Positions 25,853 to 32,000 of a DNA stretch of 32,000 bases are shown here, piece by piece. A program made the position numbers and the translations under genes. The DNA is taken from assembly GCF_000009705.1 (NCBI RefSeq), contig NC_003272.1:1170001-1202000 (forward strand). The letters are read 5' to 3'. This stretch comes from Nostoc sp. PCC 7120 = FACHB-418. Its GTDB lineage: Bacteria > Cyanobacteriota > Cyanobacteriia > Cyanobacteriales > Nostocaceae. The stretch's first letter is position 1, and every line of letters begins with the position of its first letter. The notes beneath the pieces are model-generated. The model was not told the origin of the DNA. It was given only the letters and a program-made list of their open reading frames with translations, and searched no databases.

Positions 25853-25978
25853 ATGGATATTGATTTTCGTGTAGCGATCGTTTTAGCGCCAATTGCCGTT
25901 GCTGCTGGCTGGGCTGCTTTTAATATTGGTGCTGCTGCCATCAGACAAGTTCAAAACTTTTTGAACAGAGAAGCTTAA
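25853..25978 (+). CDS. psbY: Photosystem II protein Y
   Basis: 41 aa: [41 protein letters not shown]. Single TM helix, and the [15 protein letters not shown]-terminus closely matches cyanobacterial PsbY as I remember it. A GAGGGG purine tract lies upstream and a terminator downstream. Not in the supplied ORF track. Confidence 0.85.
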   Translation: MDIDFRVAIVLAPIAVAAGWAAFNIGAAAIRQVQNFLNREA

Positions 25979-26004
25979 ATCTCGGTTAAAAATTTTAACT
26001 TTGC

Positions 26005-26039
26005 ACCGACTGTTCTCTTTACTGAGACAGTCGGTTTTA
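26005..26039 (+). terminator. Rho-independent terminator after psbY
   Basis: ACCGACTGT (26005..26013) pairs with ACAGTCGGT (26027..26035), with a 13-nt loop, followed by TTTTAA. Confidence 0.65.
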
Positions 26040-26080
26040 ATCTGGGGTTGGGGAGATGAGGAAATAAATCAACAAAAACC

Positions 26081-26115
26081 TTACTACCAATTACCCATTA
26101 CCAATTACCCATTCC
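26081..26115. repeat. Tandem heptamers (CAATTAC/CCATTAC) x5 abutting the folC start codon
   Basis: TTACTAC CAATTAC CCATTAC CAATTAC CCATTCC, immediately followed by GTG 26116. Confidence 0.85.
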
Positions 26116-27369
26116 GTGAATATCAATTCCCTACTGCAACCATTTCACCATTTCGGCGTTAACCTCGGACTTTCGCGGATTATCAAATTGCTGGACAACC
26201 TTGGCAATCCCCATGAGCGAGTTCCCATAATTCATGTAGCTGGCACAAATGGTAAAGGTTCTGTTTGTGCTTATCTTTCCTCGGTGTTGACTGAGGCTGG
26301 TTATCGTACAGGGCGCTACACTTCGCCGCATTTAGTCGATTGGCCAGAGCGTATTTGCCTGAATGAACAGCAGATTTCTCATGATGAATTGTGTCAATTA
26401 GTTTTAACAGTCCAAGCAGCTATTTGTTTTGATGATGAATACCCGACTTTATTTGAAGTAATTACCGCCGCCGCTTGGTTATATTTTGCCCAGCAAACAA
26501 TCGATGTGGCAGTGGTAGAAGTAGGATTGGGTGGACGGTTGGATGCTACTAATGTAATTGCTGATCCTTTGGTGACAGTGATAACTTCTATCAGTCGGGA
26601 ACATTGGCAACAATTGGGGCCGACTGTCGCTGATATTGCTGGGGAAAAAGCGGGGATTCTCAAACCGGGTTGTCCGGTTGTGGTTGGGACTTTGCCATCG
26701 GATGCAGAAAAAGTGGTGCGATCGCGCGCTCAAGAATTACAATGTCCTTTAATTCTGCCTCAACCTGCTCGTCAAATCTCTCCCCAATTAGCAGAATATC
26801 AAAGTATTCAAAACACAAAAACAATTAAATATCCTCTACCTTTACAAGGACAAATTCAACTCAATAATTCTGCTTTGGCACTAGCAGCTTTAGAAATTTT
26901 GCAACAAAAAGGCTGGCAGATTTCTGAAGCAGAAATTATTAATGGCATGGCAAAAACTAAATGGCCAGGGCGAATGCAATGGATTACTTGGCAAAACCAC
27001 AAATTATTAATTGATGGCGCTCATAATCCGGCGGCGGCTCACGTACTCAGAAACTATGTAGATACCCTAAATAATCAATCAGTAACTTGGGTTATGGGAA
27101 TGTTATCTACGAAAGACCACGCCGATATTTTTCAAGCTTTATTAAGACCAAACGACCAATTATATTTAGTTCCAGTACCAGATAATAATTCAGCTAACCC
27201 AGAGGTTTTATCCAAGTTAGCTAGTGATGTTTGTCCAAAATTAAGCACTTGTCAAACTTTTTCAAATTTACCATTAGCCATAGAAACCGCATTCAACTCA
27301 ACAGATAACTTAGTAGTGTTATGTGGTTCCTTATATTTAATTGGTCATTTTTTAGCTTCTAAAGGCTAG
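26116..27369 (+). CDS. folC: Bifunctional folylpolyglutamate synthase / dihydrofolate synthase
   Basis: 417 aa. IHVAGTNGKGS P-loop, Mur-ligase-like VVEVGLGGRLDATN, and DGAHNP in the C-terminal domain. GTG start. Confidence 0.85.
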   Translation: MNINSLLQPFHHFGVNLGLSRIIKLLDNLGNPHERVPIIHVAGTNGKGSVCAYLSSVLTEAGYRTGRYTSPHLVDWPERICLNEQQISHDELCQLVLTVQAAICFDDEYPTLFEVITAAAWLYFAQQTIDVAVVEVGLGGRLDATNVIADPLVTVITSISREHWQQLGPTVADIAGEKAGILKPGCPVVVGTLPSDAEKVVRSRAQELQCPLILPQPARQISPQLAEYQSIQNTKTIKYPLPLQGQIQLNNSALALAALEILQQKGWQISEAEIINGMAKTKWPGRMQWITWQNHKLLIDGAHNPAAAHVLRNYVDTLNNQSVTWVMGMLSTKDHADIFQALLRPNDQLYLVPVPDNNSANPEVLSKLASDVCPKLSTCQTFSNLPLAIETAFNSTDNLVVLCGSLYLIGHFLASKG

Positions 27370-27380
27370 ATCACAGTAAA

Positions 27381-27401
27381 TTATCCAATTACCAATTACC
27401 T
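27381..27401. repeat. Short heptamer tract (ATTACCA family) x3 between convergent folC and the ABC binding-protein gene
   Basis: TTATCCA ATTACCA ATTACCT, the same family as the tract upstream of folC. Overlaps the stop of the minus-strand gene. Confidence 0.6.
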
Positions 27402-28698
27402 ATCGACTATTCCACTCCTGTGCCGCATCTTCTACAGCTTTATCTACCGTTTTTTCTCCCAACATTGCAGCTTGTAAGTTGTCATAAATCGCTTTTTGTA
27501 GCTTCTTAATATCCTTTAAAGCAGGGGTGAGAATTTCTGCTTGTTGTAGTTGTTGTGCGCTGACAACTCGCGCTTTTTCTACTGTAGAAGCATCAGCCGG
27601 AATATCTTTAAAATAACTATCAGCTAGCGCTTTGGTTGTTGATGGTAAAACATTTGCAGCTTTAGCAAAAGCTAATTGATTTTCGTCATTGGTGACAAAT
27701 AAAGCAAATTTCACCGCCGCATCTGGTTGTTTTGTATCGCGGGGAACAACGATATTCATCACAGCTACATTTTTCTTACCCGTGTCGCCAGTAAGTTGAG
27801 GAGCAATCGCCGAAGCTTGAGCAACTTTTGGCGCATTGGTGGTGATCGTTTTCAGAAATTCAGGCCCAGAAGCTAGAAAGGCTGTTTCTCCAGATTGATA
27901 CAGATCAATTGCGTGGCGATGTCCTTGAGTCAGTGCTTCTTTAGGTAATAAACCTTTTTTGTAAAGGTCTACCCAATACTGAAACGCAGCTTTTCCTTGG
28001 GGTGAATTAAAAGCCGCTTTGCCTTCAGTATCTACTAGGGTTGCTCCCATCTGTACAAAAGACTGTAAGACTTCACCGGAATCTTGCGGTACAAACGTGA
28101 CAAAAAACGCGTATTTCCCTGTCTTATCTTTAATTTGTTGCGCCGCTTGTGCTAATTCTGCGTAAGTAGCAGGTGGTTTACTGATACCTGCCTGTTTTAA
28201 TAAATCAGTGTTATAAATGGTTAGCCTCGTTGTGAGGTACCAAGGAACGCCAAAACTTTTGCCATTAAGAGTACTGGCTTTCCAAATGTTCGGAAGATAG
28301 GAGGAACGAGCTTCCTGCGGGACTTTTGTATCTAAATCTAACCAGGCATTTCGTCCTGCTAGTTGAGAAGCAAAATCTGGATTGAGGTTAACAACATCAG
28401 GTGGCGTTTTTGCGGAGACAGCTGTTAAAATTTTGTTCTCCATTGCCGCCCAGGGTACATCTACCCAGTTCACCTTTATACCCGGATTTTGGGTTTCAAA
28501 ATTCGCAATCAGACTTTGGAAGTAGTTAGTAAATTGAGGTTGGAGTTGCATAGTCCAAAACTCAATATTTGCTGTTCCCGAAGCAGTTTGCTGTGTGTTT
28601 GTATTAACGTTTCCTGTGCTGCAACTGACCATCCAACTGGTGATTAAACCCAGCATTGCACAAGCAATAAATTTTTGAAATTTTTGCAATTGAATCAT
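27400..28698 (-). CDS. ABC transporter extracellular solute-binding protein (family 1, sugar type), lipoprotein
   Basis: 432 aa. Lipobox-like signal LITSWMVSCS and typical SBP_bac_1 features (WTMQLQPQ..., PDVVNLNPDF, GVPWYLTTRLTIYN). No permease or ATPase genes adjacent. Confidence 0.8.
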   Translation of the reverse strand: MIQLQKFQKFIACAMLGLITSWMVSCSTGNVNTNTQQTASGTANIEFWTMQLQPQFTNYFQSLIANFETQNPGIKVNWVDVPWAAMENKILTAVSAKTPPDVVNLNPDFASQLAGRNAWLDLDTKVPQEARSSYLPNIWKASTLNGKSFGVPWYLTTRLTIYNTDLLKQAGISKPPATYAELAQAAQQIKDKTGKYAFFVTFVPQDSGEVLQSFVQMGATLVDTEGKAAFNSPQGKAAFQYWVDLYKKGLLPKEALTQGHRHAIDLYQSGETAFLASGPEFLKTITTNAPKVAQASAIAPQLTGDTGKKNVAVMNIVVPRDTKQPDAAVKFALFVTNDENQLAFAKAANVLPSTTKALADSYFKDIPADASTVEKARVVSAQQLQQAEILTPALKDIKKLQKAIYDNLQAAMLGEKTVDKAVEDAAQEWNSR

Positions 28699-28782
28699 CT
28701 TACCAGTATTTTTACGCTTGATTAGGGACGAAAGCTTATGCAGAATTGTCGAGATTATAGGCTAAATTAAACCGCTTTGCGG

Positions 28783-28818
28783 AGTCATTAAGTCGTTAGT
28801 CATTAGTCATTAGTAAAC
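28783..28818. repeat. Tandem heptamers (AGTCATT) x5, upstream of pilM
   Basis: AGTCATT(A)AGTCGTT AGTCATT AGTCATT AGTAAAC. An inverted partial copy, ACTAATGAC, lies near 28874. Confidence 0.8.
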
Positions 28819-28916
28819 CATATCAACTTAGGCATTAGCCCTCAAGGAATATATATACTCAAAAAACTCACAACTAATGACCACTTAAGTCAATTTTAAA
28901 TTTTCACTTTAGCAGT

Positions 28917-30038
28917 TTGGCGGGCATAAATGTGGTGAAAAGTTTCAGTAGTCTGTTTGGCAAATCTCATAGAGGGGTAGGTGTAGAAATTGCACCAGAA
29001 CGGGTGAATGTAGTTCAAATACGCAAGCAGCGCCAAGGCTTGAAACTTGAATCTTTAACATCAGTTCCAGTTCCAGAGGGGATTGTCGCTGATGGTCAAA
29101 TTACCGATCCCCCAGCAATGGCTCAATTAATTCAGCAGGCGCTAGCTGAAAGCAAAATCAAAGTATCTCGTGTGGCTACTGGTGTACCTGGACGAGACTC
29201 GATTGTCCGTATCATACCTGTACCGTCAGAGTTGGATGACAAAGAATTACGGGATATGGTGTTAAACCACGAAGCCGGGTTGTATTTACCCTATCCTCGT
29301 GAGGAAGCTGATGTAGATTATCAGAAACTTGGGTACTTTGTAGATGAGGATGGCATTGAAAAGGTACGGGTTCTGTTAGTTGCTACCCGCAAGGAGGTAA
29401 CAGATACATATATTAGTACTTTTGAGCAGGCAGGCTTACAAATTGGTGTTTTAGAAATTAACAGTTTTGCACTAATTCGGACAATTCGTGATCAACTGCG
29501 GCAATTTGGGCCAGAAGAAGCAACAGTACTAGTTGATATAGAGTTCGACAGTACGGAAATTGCAATCATCATTAACGGCGTACCACAATTTTCCCGCACT
29601 GTTCCCATTGGAACTTATCAAATGCAAATGGCATTTGCTAGAGCTATGAGTTTGCCCACTTCTAGAGATATGGAAATGTTACAGGGATTGGTGATTCCTG
29701 TAAATTCTGTAGATAGCGATAAAACGGGGATGACGGAAACTGACCCTGGTATGGCAGGCGTATTGCGAATCTTGGGAGAACTAACAGATGAGCTGCGCCG
29801 TTCTATTGATTTTTACTTAAATCAGAGTGAAAACGTAGAAATAGCCCAGATTTTATTGGGTGGGCCTGGTGGTGGACTAGAACAACTTCATGAGTTTTTT
29901 ACTCAACGTTTAAGTATTCCTACCAGTCAAATAGATCCTATAGGGTCTTTGTCCTTGCAAGTTGATGAAGAAAAATATCCCTCTACACAACGTTCTGGTT
30001 TAGGAATAGTTCTTGGTTTAGGAATGAGGGAGGTATGA
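28917..30038 (+). CDS. pilM: Type IV pilus assembly protein PilM (actin-like ATPase fold)
   Basis: 373 aa. GVEIAPERVNVVQI N-terminus typical of PilM, followed by pilN/O/Q. Start ambiguous: TTG 28917, GTG 28932 or GTG 28935. Confidence 0.85.
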   Translation: MAGINVVKSFSSLFGKSHRGVGVEIAPERVNVVQIRKQRQGLKLESLTSVPVPEGIVADGQITDPPAMAQLIQQALAESKIKVSRVATGVPGRDSIVRIIPVPSELDDKELRDMVLNHEAGLYLPYPREEADVDYQKLGYFVDEDGIEKVRVLLVATRKEVTDTYISTFEQAGLQIGVLEINSFALIRTIRDQLRQFGPEEATVLVDIEFDSTEIAIIINGVPQFSRTVPIGTYQMQMAFARAMSLPTSRDMEMLQGLVIPVNSVDSDKTGMTETDPGMAGVLRILGELTDELRRSIDFYLNQSENVEIAQILLGGPGGGLEQLHEFFTQRLSIPTSQIDPIGSLSLQVDEEKYPSTQRSGLGIVLGLGMREV

Positions 30039-30140
30039 TACCAATTCAAAATTATATCGGATTCCTATAGAAAAGTCAGTTTTTATCGGGATTTCCGGTT
30101 TTAAGTCTGTTTCCCTATTTTGGAGAATTGGTATAAGAGA

Positions 30141-30908
30141 ATGTATGGATTAGATATTAACTTTCTCAAAGACCGCCCAGCTTACCAGTCTAATAACAAG
30201 TCCGAGAAAAAACAGGGTATTAAATTGCCATCTGGGAGCTTAATACCAATGTATTTGGGAGTTGGCGTAGGTCTTTGTTTCCCCATATTTGTCGGTGGTG
30301 GGTTGTTATTTTTACAGGCGAAAACTGCGGAATTAGAGCAGGCGATCGCCTTACTAGATGAAGAGAGTAAGAAGCTGGATGCAGAAATCGCCAGCATTAC
30401 CAAAATCAAGGAACAGACTAGTGCTGTCAAAGCCGACACCCAGAGTTTGGTGATGGTGTTTGACCAGATTCGTCCTTGGTCAGCAATGTTAGAAGATTTG
30501 CGCGATCGCATTCCCGCAAGTGTGCAGATTGAAATTGTTAGACAAACGCCACCTACACCCCCAGCCGCAGGACAGCCCCCTGGTAATCCAGCTGGTGGGA
30601 TAGAAATTACTGGCTTGGCTCGTTCCTTTAATGATGTCAATGACTTCTTATTACTCTTACAACAATCCCGTTTTTTGAAGTCTGCTGACACCAAAATTAT
30701 TACAGCCAGCCTAGCAGATGCGCCAGTACAAGCTGGTAGTGGTAACAGTGCGGGAATTAAACCACCCCAAGTAGTTAAATACACTATTCAATCCAGCCTC
30801 AGTGATGTTCCAGCTTCTGAATTAATTCGGGAGTTAGAACAAAAAGGCACTGTCGGACTGGTGACTCGGATTCGAGCTATGCAACAAACAGGAGTCATTA
30901 CGAGATGA
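30141..30908 (+). CDS. pilN: Type IV pilus assembly protein PilN
   Basis: MYGLDINFLKDR N-terminus, a single TM segment, then a coiled-coil. Gene order is pilM-N-O-Q. ATG 30141 is preferred over TTG 30120. Confidence 0.8.
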   Translation: MYGLDINFLKDRPAYQSNNKSEKKQGIKLPSGSLIPMYLGVGVGLCFPIFVGGGLLFLQAKTAELEQAIALLDEESKKLDAEIASITKIKEQTSAVKADTQSLVMVFDQIRPWSAMLEDLRDRIPASVQIEIVRQTPPTPPAAGQPPGNPAGGIEITGLARSFNDVNDFLLLLQQSRFLKSADTKIITASLADAPVQAGSGNSAGIKPPQVVKYTIQSSLSDVPASELIRELEQKGTVGLVTRIRAMQQTGVITR

Positions 30909-31666
30909 CGCTGAGTGAAGATTTAAATTTTGCCGAACAGGCTGCTGATGTAGATGCAGCCGCATCAAATTATCCCGTTGTCTTTGGTATTAGTTTCACA
31001 CCTAAAATCATTGGCATTCTCGTAGGTGTACTGGGTCTAGCAGGCGCTTTGTATATGCTCCTCAATATGGTTATGCCAGCTTGGGATATCTATCAGCAGA
31101 AGCAAGCTCAAAGTGCCGAATTAGAAGGTCAAGTATTGCAAAAAAAAGCCACTGTTAAACAAAAGGGCCAAGTTATGGAAGAACTAGCCCAAGCCAAACA
31201 GCAAAGACAACAGGTTTTAGCTTTATTTGCTGATGAAAAAACCTTAGATACCATGTTGTTGGATCTGAATCGTTTAGTAGAAGGCGGGAATGCTAAAACT
31301 CCTCTCAATGCGGTGAGAGCTAAACTACAAAAATTTGTGCCAGCTATCCAAAAACCAGAGCCTGTTACTGATGGGTCGCTAGGACCAGCAGTTGACGGCA
31401 AGCTGAAACGCTCTAGCGTTAATATCGAAATTATCGGCACTTATGAACAAACACAATCGATTATTCGTAATATAGAACGTTTACAGCCTTTATTAATAGT
31501 TAAAGACTATCAATCAACATTAGCTAACGTACAGGCTACTGATAGGTCAGGCAAACCCATACGCAGGTTAGGCCCAGCACCAATCACCACATCTTTTCAA
31601 CTGCAAGCATTAATGCCCTTAAGTCCTGAGGACGCGGCGGCTGCTCAGGCTGCGCCTAAGAAGTAG
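30905..31666 (+). CDS. pilO: Type IV pilus assembly protein PilO
   Basis: 253 aa. TM segment (IIGILVGVLGLAGALYMLL) followed by a coiled-coil (QKQAQSAELEGQVLQKK). ATGA overlap with pilN. Confidence 0.75.
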   Translation: MTLSEDLNFAEQAADVDAAASNYPVVFGISFTPKIIGILVGVLGLAGALYMLLNMVMPAWDIYQQKQAQSAELEGQVLQKKATVKQKGQVMEELAQAKQQRQQVLALFADEKTLDTMLLDLNRLVEGGNAKTPLNAVRAKLQKFVPAIQKPEPVTDGSLGPAVDGKLKRSSVNIEIIGTYEQTQSIIRNIERLQPLLIVKDYQSTLANVQATDRSGKPIRRLGPAPITTSFQLQALMPLSPEDAAAAQAAPKK

Positions 31667-31692
31667 GGAGCAGGGGGCAGGGAGCAGGGGGA
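31666..31692. repeat. G-rich repeat (GGGAGCAGGGGGCAGGGAGCAGGGGGAG) directly after the pilO stop
   Basis: Same GCAGGG(G) family as 25631..25680. Confidence 0.8.
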
Positions 31693-31775
31693 GAAATCTT
31701 ATTCAATACTCTCTACTCAGCAGTTTTTACTTCGATATTTTTAGTTACAAGACTTTATTAGGTGAGGAATGAACT

Positions 31776-32000
31776 GTGAAACACGTTCATGGTAATGGTT
31801 TAGTTTTAGGTGCTGCTGCTTTCGTATTTTTGGCAGCACAGCCCGTGTCGGCGCAAACCACACAAATTACAGAAGTCAAGCTAAATCCAGGCAATGGTGG
31901 ACTTAGCGTTGTTTTAAAAACTTCTGCCGGTTCTCGTCCACAAGTTTTTACAACAAAAAGAGGCAAGGCTTTAGTTGCAGATATTATTAATACGCAACTA
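31776..32000 (+). CDS. pilQ: Type IV pilus secretin PilQ, N-terminal part (signal peptide plus AMIN domain); continues beyond the window
   Basis: GTG start preceded by GGTGAGGA. Signal peptide LVLGAAAFVFLAAQPVSA/Q. ITEVKLNPGNGGLSVVLKTSAG...ALVADIINTQL is AMIN-domain-like. Open to the window edge. Confidence 0.75.
   Translation, partial: MKHVHGNGLVLGAAAFVFLAAQPVSAQTTQITEVKLNPGNGGLSVVLKTSAGSRPQVFTTKRGKALVADIINTQL

Noticed and set aside
30182-30784. 200-aa minus-strand ORF within pilN
   Set aside because: It is antisense to pilN, which is supported by operon context (pilM-N-O-Q) and topology. No independent support.

Overview
This window looks like ordinary chromosome from a heterocystous (Nostoc/Anabaena-type) cyanobacterium. 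Supporting signs are more than 20 copies by eye of the HIP1 palindrome GCGATCGC, many tandem heptanucleotide (STRR-type) repeats in intergenic DNA, a psbY gene and a pilMNOQ cluster. Gene content and order (class V aminotransferase, DUF2157/GDYXXLXY pair, RsmB-like methyltransferase, a 126-aa acidic CcbP-like protein, Maa-like acetyltransferase, REC-PAS-GGDEF regulator, thioredoxin-NHL protein) match my memory of the ccbP (alr1010) neighbourhood of Nostoc sp. PCC 7120. I cannot verify that here. About 30 protein genes are supportable, mostly housekeeping: GT4 glycosyltransferase, MetAP, FolC, gamma-carbonic anhydrase, M16 peptidase, cupredoxin, sugar ABC binding protein, and PilM/N/O plus the PilQ N-terminus. 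Mobile and repetitive content consists of one IS982-family insertion sequence with about 30-bp imperfect inverted repeats, and a RAYT (REP-associated tyrosine transposase) gene bracketed by its 21-nt REP sequence, with two REPIN-like doublets elsewhere. There are also at least 11 STRR tracts, one of them in frame inside the M16 peptidase gene. I see no CRISPR array, tRNA or rRNA, and no convincing wholly novel multi-gene system. The best leads are: (1) the REP/RAYT locus with an adjacent frameshifted KGK-domain gene whose stop codon lies in a REP; (2) a tightly coupled DUF952 / AtzG-like / AtzE-like amidase operon with no other triazine-pathway genes; (3) the uncharacterised DUF2157-GDYXXLXY membrane pair; (4) the in-frame heptamer repeat in the peptidase. 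psbY (41 aa) is missing from the supplied ORF track and was found by direct reading. All family assignments rest on motif recognition by eye, not on searches.
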